From Setoptus koraiensis (taxonomy: Eukaryota; Animalia; Arthropoda): a DNA stretch of 64,000 bases. The position numbers were made by a program, and so were the translations under genes. Position 1 is the stretch's first letter. Each line of letters begins with the position of its first letter. The stretch is taken from assembly GCA_048013815.1 (NCBI GenBank), contig CM106586.1, positions 5,518,001-5,582,000 of the forward strand, given 5' to 3'. Positions 23,814-37,100 of the stretch are shown here, piece by piece. The notes under the pieces were generated by a model. It did not search any database and was not told the DNA's origin. It was given only the letters and a program-made list of their open reading frames with translations.

Positions 23814-24698
23814 TCAGTCAACCATTGAAATGTCATCTGATTGGACATCAATTGGCATCTCATGCTGTCCGTAATAATTGTTGTTGTAACATTTTGACAT
23901 AGGATCATCCTCATCGAATACCTCTGTTATGATAATAGACTCATGCCCTGTCTCGTCAGCAGCTATTTTGCAATTTTTTCCAATGAAGTTTCTTTCTGAG
24001 CAATTATCATCTGAATCCTGATCAGCTAATTCTTCGATCTCTGGTGTTGTATTACAAGGCCGTCCGTGAACACTTGGATTCCACAGAACAACTGCCTTGT
24101 TGATCTTATCCATTTCATCGCGAGCCAGCCGATTGAGCGTGGATTGATTTGGACCTTGACTAAATTGACGCAAATCACTCTGTTTCTTATCTTTAAACAA
24201 CAAATAGACATATCTTTCTAGATCTTCGCTGTCTGATTGTATGTGAGGCTTCTTTTTTTGATGAAGTGCTTTCTCGAAACAGACGTCTTGTTCTTCATCA
24301 TTGTCCTCTTCAATTTCAGCATCGGCATCGTAGTCTGGACTATCTTGATGACTCTTGTGTGAGCTGTTGTTTAAATTAAGTGAGCCAAACTGGCTGAGCA
24401 TCATGGATTCACTTAGCCATTGTTTAGTGGGTGGTGCCGAGGCATCCTCATCCACCTCAATGGAAGATCTTTTGGTCTGGGGTAAACTGTGATTGACATT
24501 GATTATATCTGCGGGGTTGGGAGTATTTTCGCATCCAAATATTTTGGTTGGCATAAATGAGAGCACATCGGTCATCCAGGGCATCTGAGTAGGTACAGTG
24601 CCTTGCCAATGTTGGTTGCCAACGGCGATATTTCTAGTGGCAGTCTCGTTGAACATCATCTCGGGAGATTGGCTAATGTCCGTGTGATGTTGAAACAT
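23814..24698 (-). CDS. Acidic disordered protein, CCDC117/HCFC1R1-like (tentative)
   Basis: Long ORF (first ATG at 24698, MFQHH). KRS...APPTKQWLSESMMLSQFGSLNL and KAVVLWNP resemble the two short conserved blocks I recall for this family. Confidence 0.5.
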   Translation of the reverse strand: MFQHHTDISQSPEMMFNETATRNIAVGNQHWQGTVPTQMPWMTDVLSFMPTKIFGCENTPNPADIINVNHSLPQTKRSSIEVDEDASAPPTKQWLSESMMLSQFGSLNLNNSSHKSHQDSPDYDADAEIEEDNDEEQDVCFEKALHQKKKPHIQSDSEDLERYVYLLFKDKKQSDLRQFSQGPNQSTLNRLARDEMDKINKAVVLWNPSVHGRPCNTTPEIEELADQDSDDNCSERNFIGKNCKIAADETGHESIIITEVFDEDDPMSKCYNNNYYGQHEMPIDVQSDDISMVD

Positions 24699-25894
24699 TC
24701 GACTTGATATCCAATAATGAATATAAATGTAAACTGTAATTATGAGCACGGCAAGACAATATAATAATGATGGTAGTGAACAGTACAGATTCTGAACAAT
24801 ATAGTGAGAATGAATTACAGTGATATTAATTCAAAGGATATTTAGAAAGAGAGAGGGAATTCTTGGTACAATAATAGTGACGTTAGCCCGTGATGATATT
24901 GTTTGAGTAGGTGTTGTTGGGTTGTTTGCGTTGTTTGTGTGTTGACGCTTATGCCCAATCTACGAAATGATGCAAACCAGATTTGTGTGTCTATTCTAGT
25001 GCAGTGTATGGGCAAAAAATAAGCAGCAAAAACAAAAACAGTGAAATGTGCACATAAAGGGCAAAGCATAGCGTGTTTCATTGCCACATGATGCAATGTT
25101 TAATACTGTACTAGACGTAGACAGTGGCGCCTCAATCGGACGATACTAGAAGTTTCTAGAAAATGTATACGCCATCAATAGAACATTCGGTGTATTTCAA
25201 TAGACTAGCCGCGCTAGTACAGCACACAGTACACGGTACAAGGTGTATAAGGTGGTTTGCCCGGGTCGGTCTTTGGTTTGTCTTTAGTCGCGACATCGAC
25301 AAGTACAACTCGTCGACACTTCACTCTCGACAAGGCGGAAATATGTAAAGATATTGTGCTGATGGTATGAGAAATCAAAATGTATTTTATCCCGACTCGA
25401 TTGAAATTTCAACACCGTTAGAGTATATATTGGGAGTATCATGATACAGTGGTGCAAATTTTGGGGTCCCGGTGACTTGGATGGCAACTTTCGAACATAG
25501 TAAACCTGATTGGTATACAGAGAAATAATAAAATATTCTTTTTGAATTTCAATCGAACCACACACCGAGGTGCACTCTGGCGGAAACTACCCCAAAGTGC
25601 GTGCTCCGAGCGGTACAATATCCATCGATGATTCGACGTGTCGATAAAAGCATATGTCGACAAAACATTTGTCGATGAATCTTCCTGACGCGGAATCGAC
25701 CGGGTCGATGGATCGCACCCAACCCGATCCGGGCAAATGTCGCCGCACCGAAACAAACTGTGCCGCACACAAGCACAGAAAGCATTACAAAATTGTTTGT
25801 GCCGCTTGTCACAATTGTGTTGTGTGTGCAATCATTCCATTGGGTGTGTTTAATGCGGTGTGTGCATAGCAGTACAATCTGTGCATGGGTAAGA

Positions 25895-25926
25895 CCCACA
25901 GTGCATTTCACAAAATGCACTGTGGG
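25895..25926. repeat. Perfect inverted repeat (14-bp stem, 4-nt loop)
   Basis: CCCACAGTGCATTT-CACA-AAATGCACTGTGGG read directly from the sequence. Confidence 0.9.
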
Positions 25927-26268
25927 AGGCTCGTAGCTTTAACAGTGCCATTCAAATTGTTTGTTTGGACCACCCTATATTTATTTTGTTTTGTTCCCTC
26001 GTGTGTCCCACCAATGCCGACATGTTTACAAAAAACAAGAAAATAAAAGAAAAACAAAAAAAAAAAAATAATAAAACACAATTAAATCAATATCATCATA
26101 GGTAAAATACTCTAGTACAATAAATCACTTAGGCATTATCTATTATTATTATTATTTATTATCACTACTGTATTGTAAGCCGATTTGGCTTCATTAGCTT
26201 ATTTGGCATGGTATATATATGTATGGTAGGACCATTATTATTATCATCATCATAAAATATACATTACA

Positions 26269-28099
26269 ATGCATGTCTCAGTGCCCGATACTAGGGAGGT
26301 TAAAATACCTCAATCATCCCCTTTTCTACTATATAATATTCATATCAACGGTTTATACCATTGCTCGTTAAGATACAAGCAGTTGTTACATCTACACTCG
26401 CAGCTATGTAAAAGATTTGGATCTTATTATTTGCCATCATTTCCATCTAAAAAATTATTACCCTTATCATTAATACAAGTTGAAGATAGGAGATTACAAT
26501 TGGAGAAATACTTACAAAATATAAGTCAAGATAAAACTATTCGTAACAGCGACATATTCAATTTATTTTTATTAGAAGCACAACGGGAAAGTGCTCAAGC
26601 TACTAGTACAGAAGTATTATTAGAAGTGGAATTAGTCAATGGACAAAAGATTAGACTTAATATTATATCGCACGACTCAACAGATGCAATATTGGCATCA
26701 ATGTGTCGAGCTTTGGGATTAAATGAGCGCTGTCACGCTTATTTCTGTCTTTGCCTATGTGGTTATGATGTAATCAAAGATAAATTGATTATGAAACGTA
26801 GATTATGTTGCTTCGAGTCACCTTTTCTAACTCTACAAACTGCCAATCAAACAATGTCATCTAATACACCCTCTACAATAGCAAAAGCTAACTTCACATC
26901 ATCTGTGAGCAACAATCATAGTAATAATAATATCAATTGCAAAAAAGATCACTATAATTATGTTAAGGGGACACATCAATCTAATGATCATAATCAAGGA
27001 ACATTCACTACACATCGAATACTTTTGAGGAAGTCCTATTGGGATCCAATTTACGATACTTGCGCTTATTTAATTGATGATCGGAAAGCTCTGAATTTAT
27101 TATTTATTCAAACTGTTTACGATGTTAAGCATAATTTGATACATATCGATGAAGAGACATACAATCAATTGGAAACCTTTCTTGCGAACGATGCCGAAAG
27201 AGAGTATGTACTATTAGCTCGGACACTTAAATTCTACAACTATTTGCACTTTGAACCATGCATAAGTGATTATCCGAGATCAGACACAAAAGTCATCATA
27301 TCTGTAGGCAATCGAGAATTAAGCATGCAAGTACTATCACCAAATAATTTCAGTGATGATCACACCCCATCCAATAATCAATTGCGCACAACAACTTCAT
27401 TTGGAGGTGGTAATCTACGTGTTGGAGCAGTTCGACCAGTGAAATATTACAATAGTCAGAATATAGTGGAAGAAGAATACAATTTTAAGATACCACACAT
27501 AAGATGCTGGCGTCTAACTTCTATCACCCCATCAAATGGGAGTTGCAATTTTTCATCGTTGTCAAACCACATGAATCAAGCAAGCATATATAGTCAGCAG
27601 CAACAACAATATGAGTTGTCATTTGAGTATCTTATAGCCAAAGACACTCTGAAATGGATAACAATATCTAGTGATCAAGCTATATTTATCAGTGTCTCTA
27701 TTCAGGAGGTAGTGGACGAGCTAGTGTCTAAGCGTGATGGTCTACCATTCAGAGGATCTAGCAAACCGGCTATTTCTGCTAAACACCCAGGACTTTTTAC
27801 TTATATGGATCGTGGAGGCTCACAACGTGATGTTGTAACAACTAAAGATCAATCTACAGCTCTAGAATATCTAGCACATCAGCACAGTACAACGCACGGT
27901 TCCTCCACTTTCGATGTATCGGTAAGAATGTTTTTGTAGTCAAAATGCAACCTAGAGCAATCGTTTTTTACTTTGCACAATATTCTTAATATATTTACTT
28001 TGTTTTCCATGTCCCTACTTTTAGGCTGTAAAGACCAAGGCGCCTAGATCATTTATCAATGATGCATTCGAGAGTGGAATTGGCGATGATGATCTCTAG
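26269..28099 (+). CDS. SNX17: Sorting nexin-17 (PX-FERM); exons 26269-27921, 28025-28099
   Basis: N-terminal PX domain (YNIHINGLYHCSLRYKQL...RRLQLEKYLQ), FERM-like region (LRKSYWD, IRCWRLTS, WITISSDQAIFIS). The intron 27922-28024 leads to the diagnostic end NDAFESGIGDDDL*. Confidence 0.95.
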
Positions 28100-28520
28100 A
28101 ATAAAAAGTTATCCACAACCTAACATACCAAATTATCAATATTAATTTAAGTAACGCTCAAAGCGAACTAGAAAATTGATAGATACTTCTCGCCTTAAGA
28201 AGCTCAAAGCTTCGACTAATCAGCAACGAAGTAACTGAAGCATAAAACAAAAGAATGTGACCATCAATAGCACAATTTTATTTTTACACATTTAAGATAA
28301 ATATATCATTATTACTTGCAATCACTACTACTTCTACAACCTCTACTAAAACAACTACTACTACTATTATAACCCTAACTATTAAAGCGGATAATAATAA
28401 TTGCAACTCACACATAAATAAATAATTATGTAATAAAAAAACTCAAACACTAAAATGAAGAACATAATATGATATAGACCGGTAGCGTATTTGTAATGTA
28501 CCGGTATATCTCTGAAGATC

Positions 28521-30440
28521 CTAATCGTCCAAATCCTCAATGCAGGGTATGGAATCTTTCCTCGGTCGTCCCTTAGGTTTTGTTGGCGAAACTTTACTTC
28601 CACCCATCATGATCTGTGATAGTGAATAGATGACCAATTGGTAGTGATAACGGCGAGAAAAAAACCCTATCTCAATGGCTGGAGCGATGAAAACTAATAC
28701 ATACCTGTTTTTTCCATTTCATTCTCCTGTTCTGTTATGCAAGAATGGAAAATAGGATTTTATTTGTGGTTAGAGTTAGCTAAGATGTTATACTAGTGTT
28801 CCTATTACTAACTTACTATTATTAGGGTATTACTATTACGGTGAATAGATATCGACAAAAGAAACTAGTTGTATGACACTAGAAAAGAATGAGATTTTGA
28901 TGAGAGATAACGAGAAACGGTTTATTTTTCACGCACTCAACCACTTACTAACAACCAGTAGAGATTGTACCATCACTTACGCTCATATTCAATTCTCTAT
29001 CTATTATGTAAACAGCTTCTTTAATTTATACTAGCCGGTGATGACATAATAGGTTTAGCACGTGATATATGGTCTCTATTCATGCACGTATTGCGCGCAA
29101 TTACAATGTAGTGAGTTTCTGTTGTAGTTACACAATTTTGTTTCACTTCATTTGTCGAGATCGTTATCATGAAATGTTATAGTGTGGAGACTAGAAATGG
29201 GAGCAAGAGTAAAGATTTGATCGATCTCATTGTGTTTTTGGGGTCTCATTCGAACACCAAACGTTATTCTTGTGACGAGAAGTTTCTACGATCAGGAAGA
29301 GTTTACTAGGCACTCAAGTTTGTTGGTACAACTATCTGAAATAAGTGGAAAAGAAAGAATGCATATCTGCGACCGCACATATATCTTTTTCCGTTCTTTG
29401 TGTCAAATCTTTTGTCATCGTCACTTATAGTGAGGAGATGCGTAAAAGTCAAAAATAAACCAGAATGAGTTACAAAACAATTTCTCAAAGTTGCATGCAC
29501 GATGCTTCATTGTAAACCATTCTTTATCATCGTTCACGACAATTTATCATCACAGGGCCATATCTTGCTTTCGTGCTTTCGTGAATCATCATCACAATGT
29601 CCAACAAAGGCTCCATGATGATATTATCTTTCTTTGAAGTCAAACATTGTGAGCTGATAATGACTTGATGTAAGTCATTTTGTTCATTATATTGAGCAAA
29701 CTAATTCAGTGTCAAATGGCGCGACTCGCGCCAGTGATTGTTCAAACTTTGCAAATGGTAGTCTCGCTCTCACTTACCTGGTACCAAGTCTTTACTTGTA
29801 ATTGGCTTAGATTCAACAATTTGGCAATTTTGATTCTGTCGGAAGTGGTTAGATATTTGTTACTGTCGAAGCGCCGCTCCAGACCAATCAATTGATACTC
29901 ATAGAATATTGTTCGATTGCGTCTTGATTGTAGAATAAGATCTTGACTATTCTTCGCGACACAGCTTTTAGTTGTTGGTATCTCGCTCCTGTTGCGATTA
30001 ATTATTTCGCTGTTATCTGATGAGGTTATTAACGCAAGTGGTTGATTATTCGAATCTGTGTAACAATTACCAGCCAAATGATTCGCACCACTCACTACTG
30101 CATATTGTCCGGTGTTACCGATGAATGACATTTGCTCGACATTGTCATAATTGATTGGCGAACAATTTGCCGCAAATATGTTGTAGATTGCTCTACTTTC
30201 ATCTAAAAGTTTGGAACTTCCATGGTGTAACTGAATGTTTGGTTGTTGATGTGCCTTAATCAAGTTGCTTGTTGAATATTTTCTTAAATCGATTTCTTTG
30301 AATGTTGCGCTGTTGATTTGACAAACTGACTCTAACGAACTAAAGTTCTTTGACATTGGTTTACGTCCTTTCTCGGATCCTAATCCTAATAGGTCGCGAA
30401 TCAAAAACGATCTATGAGGACTTTCCTTCAGATAATCCAT
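28521..30440 (-). CDS. BARX: Barx-family homeobox protein; exons 30440-29778, 28731-28705 (27-nt microexon), 28613-28521 (260 aa)
   Basis: eh1-like SFLIRDLL; homeodomain [19 protein letters not shown]...[11 protein letters not shown] | NRRMKWKKQ | [23 protein letters not shown]. The last block matches the Barx-specific [15 protein letters not shown] tail. All splice sites are GT-AG, phase 0. Confidence 0.88.
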
Positions 30441-31119
30441 TTCTGATATATCATATATGTAAGCTGCGGTTAGAATCAGAACGAAGACTCAACTGACTTC
30501 TGTTCTCAAGTTAACTCACACTTTTATGCAAGAGAAACCAGCCTGAGAACCGCGCCATGAACACCCATGGGTGATATAGGTTGAGGCTGTCTTGCGCACT
30601 CGACTTTCTCCCCATGAATTCACCAGCGCATGTCGCAGTCTCGAATCTTGCGACGCTGTGATATTCGAATGGTTAGATACTCGGTTATTCGGCTGAACGG
30701 CAATATGCTTGCTTAAATAAAGAGACAATCGTGTAAGTTATTTGGTATAAATAAACTCTTTATTTTGTTCAGTTTAGTTTTAGATTTGTAGTGGTTTCTC
30801 TCTTTGGAATTTTGATGAGATATAGTTTTTAAAAAATATATTTCTTGAGCATCGCAACAAAGCTCTTTTCAAAAGCTTTTACAAATGGATTTATCTGGGT
30901 TTTTTACATTCTCTGACTAACTGAGTTATCCACTAAAACTATTGTAGATTTATTTAGGCCTAACGGAACTATTCCTCCTCAAGGATCTCTTCATACTGTT
31001 AGCTCAATTCTACCAAGATTCAAAGGGGAGGGATGAATGATTGAAAAAATAAATGTTAGAGTTAGATGGAATAAATATTGGCCCTCGGAGGAGCTGGTAG
31101 ATGATTTCATGGTGGCAAC

Positions 31120-34100
31120 CTACTCTGATTCGCCAGACTCTTTCTCGTCTGTTATCACCGGTAAATTGGTTGATGTGGTAGATTGTTGTTGGTCCATGTC
31201 CTTAGATTGGGTAACTGTAGTGTCCTGGGTTACTGTTGCATTATCTTTGATTTGAATTTCTGATTCTCTGGTATCTAGTAGCACAGGTGTCACTGTTAAG
31301 TTAGCACTGCTCGGTGTAGCTGAAGTCTGGATTGAGGTTGAATACTGGGTCTCGGCCACAGAGACAACCGGATTCACGTCATTATTTACACCATTATTCT
31401 CTTTAGATTTTCGGAACATATTACTTCCTGAGTTATATAGGTGGCTGGATATCTGACCAGAGGAAGTTCCATATAGAGCAACTTTCGGACTAGAAACGGC
31501 ATAATGGGAGCTCGAAGGATCTTCATGATAAAGAGAGTGAAATGTTTATGTGATTAGAAATAGTCACGATTTCTGGAAGAAAAAGATGGAACAACAAAAT
31601 TCAAAAGCATAGATTCTTACCACTGAACATCGATTGTTGAGGATTCTGGTAAAACTTAGGTTTTGGATGAATAGGTGGAGGTTGTGTAGAAGCTGGATTA
31701 TTAATTGTTTTAGGATCCTCTGTGATAGATATCCAATCGGTATTGGAATCATTAAGGTTGCCAATGTTGATTGGTGACTTGCTATAGTGTACACTATCAT
31801 GAGCTCCAACTATTCCATATGGGTTCGACGAGACGGTGCTCGCATATATCGGAGCATAGCTGCGGTTATCAATGGCGGGTGTAAGATTTTTGGTAGTAGT
31901 TGCCTGCATTTTCAATGATGGTTCTTGGTGGTTATTTTCTTCGATATTGTCTAGTGATGCTGCTTCAGAATCATTAGCTGTTTTTCTTCGTTGATTTTGA
32001 TGACGTTTAATCTTTCTACTTCCTGCCATCATGGACATATCATCTTCATCTGAAGAATGCGACGAGGCTAGTTCGTAGTTGGCTGGTCTCAGACGTTCAT
32101 TGTTGGTAATACTCGTAGCTAAAGATTCGTTTCCATCTGTGGTAGTTGTTCCGAGTGCATATTTATCAGATACATTTTGACTTTTGCTATCATAATGCTG
32201 GTGATGCTGACCGCTGGTTTTACCATTGTACATGTGTTCATTATTTTGATCGCGGTGATGCGAAGAACGATGATGATGATGATGGTGATGATGATGTCTG
32301 GATGTTTTCTTATGGTGATGATTTCTTCTACTTCTATGACGTTTAGAACGTGAGCGTCCGTATGCACCGGCATCTACACTAGACAGATTCCTCGATTGAT
32401 TGTAATGATCATCGTCGTCAACTAAATGGTCAGTCTGATCGGCAGCGTAACCTGCCACTTGATATGGACTGGTCGAGGATGTATTTGTTGTGGTTGATCT
32501 ACTTGTCGTGGAAGCGGTAGATATAGTCAATTTGTTGTTAAATATATCCGTGCAAGAACTTTGGAATCCACCACCAGCTGGGCCTGTTTGGAGAGGCTTC
32601 GACAGGCCATAAGGATGCGGTAATAAAGTATTCTGAGTGCGTTGTAGGTATGCTGCGGTATTCTGATCTATATGGCTCGATCCAAGAGGGTTGTTGTAAA
32701 GCGCAGAGTTATCCTCATAAAAAGGAATCTTTTTACCTTGAAACTTGAGCCAGCTAACGTAGAGATTGTAGCGAATTTGTTTATCCAATAAACAGAATGT
32801 CAACACCAACACTACAGACTTTATTAAAGTCAAGATGGGAAATAAAGCTGGATAATCTGGTATGGCTTCATTGACTGAGTAGATTGCGGCTAGCCAATAA
32901 GCAGTAATAAGTGGTAATAATATCAAAGATGTTGTCCATAACAATTGTCTGAGATTCTGATGATCACTCTGAAGAGTTTCTTTTATCTGTTGCGATTTGC
33001 GCCAGCTCAAAATCAATGTAAATGAAGTAGCTAAAATAAGACCAAATATTGGTCCGAACATACTCCAAATGATGCTTTCATGGATAGAGAGCCAACAGAA
33101 TAGATAGTTGCCGAATTGTTCGATTCGCAGACCTACAGCTATACTGACAAATACAGCAGGAACAGCGAAACCCATGATGTGATAAAATTTCATTGGTCCA
33201 TGATTTATATCTCGTATCTCTGTTAGCATCCTCAATAAATGCGTTGAGTTGATAAATATCCAACAAAACAAGCTTATGGACAGATAGTGCAAAAATATAG
33301 CTACCATTTTGCATTGATATTCTTGATAAGTTACCATGATTGAAGCGCGCGACCTAGATACCAGTAGTATTAGAGCTTCCATGAATATTAGAACTAAAAT
33401 CATGTTACGATTAATACTATTACTATTGCTGTTAATGCTGTGGCCTCTTATACATGTCATTATAAAGTAGGCAATGCTTAATAATATAATAGATATTATC
33501 AGGCACAACTGTAGCCCAATATCTCTATTATTTATGGGCCCTTCACCCCAGATTGCTTCAACGTTCGCATCATCCATCAATACCGTGACAGCACCTAAAT
33601 GATCACATGTACAATTGATGTAGTCGTGTCGAGACTTAAGTGAATGATCGTGAGAGATACCACGTAACTCACAACCTCGAGCCGAGAATCTTCCTGAGTG
33701 ACTCGATTGCAAAGATAATGGATCGGATGTTGATTCTTGATTTGAGTTTTGGTGGTGCTTGGGTACCGTATTTCTAGAGTTGATCGATTTAGAAGAAGGT
33801 GGAGCTTGGTGACCTGGAGGTGTGAAATTCCATACTACACACTGAGGTCTAGTCTTGCCAGAGCCTTTGGTTACTTTCAAAATATAACTCACTTTAGGTT
33901 GTAGGTTGCGTGACATAAAGTCTGTACTGTTGGCCGCCTTCATAGTGAGCCAAACAACAGGTGTATTAGTTGTGGCTGAATTTCCTAAGCGATGTTGCAC
34001 AGTTCCGTCGTCATGGCCTGGTAGTAAGGGGCCCAGTGTTTGGTAGATTGAATACACTACCAGAGCAGAAGGCGTTCTAGGTAAGCGATATTGATCATTT

Positions 34101-37100
34101 TGAGCACGCTTCAACGGTAGTTCATTTAATGAACTGCCACCAATAACGAGATCTCTTTTCGAACGATAATTTATACCAGATTGGCCTTGTCCTGATTGAT
34201 AGTAGTTGATAGATTCGTGTGGTAAGTCTAATTTCAGTGCCCGGAGTGGAATTACAGCCTTGGTTACCTCGTCGGCATATAATCTGTCTGGAGCATAATT
34301 GTTATATTTTGGTATAGCGATTGCTGGCGAGGCATCCAGGCCTGGCACACTGTAATCAAGATAAATAGGAGATCCGTCTTGATTGTATGGTCGATTAGAA
34401 GAAGTTGTGATGCCTGCCATATTGTTCTTGTCTACAGATTCATTTTTAATTTTGGCACTACCAGGCGATGACTTCAAGGAGTCCAATAACTGATCTGTAG
34501 AGATGGTGTCCATACCGAAAGTAAAATATTTACTGGCCACCTCAAAAGGCTGTGTGAATGTGTCCAATTGGTTATCGATTAAAACTCTACCATACTGATC
34601 AAAAATTTTCAACAATTGCTCGGCTCCCCCGTTAGATGACATCTTTGATATTCTTGACCAATCTTCAGTATGCTTAGGATCCAGAAGAAAACTGGTTGAT
34701 TCTACTAAGTTTCTAATATACATTCTGTCGTGCTTGTGGGCTAAGTTCGATCCGTTTTGGTGTGTTTCAAAATTTATAAGATGGTACAACAATCTGAATG
34801 CCACAAACAAATCACTCCCATAGACAGTTACACCATTTTCTAGCTGCTGATTTGCTTCTGCTGTAGTTTGATTGAATGCCTGACGTAAATTATTAGCCAA
34901 CTTCGTGGCTTGATTGGTATTTAAGTGAAGGGGATCTTTCTCGAGCAATATGACCTGAGGATATAAGTCAAAGAAACTAGGGCTGATACAATTGAATAAG
35001 TCTACCTTCTGCCAGCCATTAGACTCGTCACATACTCTAGATGCATTACCACGTGTGTTATTTGGACATGGTCCTGTAGCAGTCTGCTTGTAAGGAGTTT
35101 TAGGCCACCATATACCGTCGGAGTAGCTTTTTGGACAGGCATCGTATATAACTTCACACCCTCTCAATGTGACCTCGGCGTAAGCACTCGGGCATGTATC
35201 ACAACGGCGCCCAATGACACCAGGTCGACATCTACACTGGCCTGTAGTAGGGTGACACTGACCACCTAATGAGCCGATTGTATAGCAATCGCAAGAGATA
35301 CATCGATCGCTAGATTCGGGTTGGTAATGGTTGATTTTACAATTACATTGACCTGTAGTTTTGTGGCAATCACCATCAAAGCCTTTAGACTCGTCGCATT
35401 GACATGGACCGCATATGGAAAAATTTCCTCCGGATACGGGGTGACCCCACCAGTTTGAAGGACATCTCCTGGTCAATGAATGCTCACAATGTCTCCCACT
35501 TCGTGTGGGGTCGCAATCGCATTGATAACCGCTATCAAATGAAGCAAAATGACCATGTAAATCTAAGAGTGTGTTCTGCTGATTTGCAGTGCCCAGTCTA
35601 TGATTGTTTTGCTGTCGATTGAAATTCGAACTGTCAATTGGGTTTTCATAGACCGCGTTCTGCTCCATAGGAGATACCTGCAAAGAATCGGCTGCCGGGC
35701 GACATTTTGAACCTGTGCCTTGGCAGAGGTTTAATGAGCAGACAGGTACACATCCTTGCTCTGAGGCCACGAATCCGGGTTGACAAACGCATTTATGCTG
35801 AGACATTCCATATTGAACACAACTTGCGTTTTCCATACATGTGCTCGATAAACAACTATCCAATTGCTGGCAGCCTATTTCGACATTACGTTCTTCTTTG
35901 TTAGCTAACAACCAGTTACTTGCTGACTGGCCTGCTATATCGATTTCTTGTATGCAACCGACGAAACTTGGGGAGCTCATTTGTGACTGATAGCCCGTGA
36001 GCGTCGAACTTATCGTTGTTGTGGCCGTTGATCGATTATAAGTATTGTAGTATGTACTCGAGTCCTGACTCACTAATGGCTCTATATTGTCGGAAATACC
36101 TGGTGCTACAGTATTCAAGTCTCTGCTGTTTAATCGTGCATGAGTTGGGCCTGTAGAGGTTGAAGCAGCTCCGACAATGATTTTAGATATATATAGAGTG
36201 GTTAAATCCATAGCACCATTCTCGAGCTCTTTTTCTATCTCGTATTGGCCATAATCTAGTACTATCCCAACAATGTTACCGATGTTATTATTCATAATTC
36301 GAGTTTGCTTATTCATTGAGATATTCAGCTGGACCGAGTGCCATTGCCCATCATCAACACCAGTTCCTCCAGCAAGTGACAATATCTGATTTTGATAAGA
36401 AAATCTCACCTCTCCGTCCACAACATCCAGTGCAATGACGTTAGGTGAGGAACTTGAATCGGTTGTAGATTCGAGATATACTCTGATCAAAGCTCCATTT
36501 GGTTGGATAGTGCGGAAATTCAAGCGCACGTACCAGGGCAACAGTATTGATGGCGACTGACCTTTTGGCACATAAGTCACATGAGAGTTCCCGCCAAAAC
36601 GTCGCACCCCGCCACCAGTCTGATTTGCCACTTGACTACAGTCATGCCCATAGTACCCCTCGGCACATGAACAACTATATGTACCCCAAGCGTCGTGGCA
36701 AGTTCCTCCATTTCGGCACGGCTGGACATGGCAGAAAGAACGTTTATCTTGACAACCAGCCAGAGTACCATTATTAGCGACAAACTGGTTCAAATCGACC
36801 AGTTGGTGATCTATATATAAGTCACTAATACAACCTGCGAATGGCGTCCCGGATTGCACTTGAAATTTCGTTGGCAATAAGGGCAGTGCGCCTAACTGCA
36901 ATGGACTGGACAGATCTAAAAACCTGTGACATGATTCGATTTCTTTAGAGCATCTTGATTCCAACTCCATTTGTGTTGTGTTTGAGCATCGCCTCCACGA
37001 ACTTATCTGTGCATGATGTTCGATAGTTGGTATGGTTGAGGGTTGCTCTCCATACTGGTTGTTGGGTGACCATGATGACTCAGTCGAAGTGGACATAGCT

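Noticed and set aside
25654-25869. Cys-rich peptide loosely like a piggyBac transposase C-terminal domain
   Set aside because: Cys spacing is imperfect, with no upstream DDD transposase frame and no TTAA-flanked inverted repeats; the Cys content is explained by TGT-rich sequence.
31601-31620. Track C-terminus of Flamingo (KNLCF*), and similar tails of SNX17, STI1, Barx and 7B2
   Set aside because: These are read-through into introns; GT donors and in-frame downstream exons give the proper ends.
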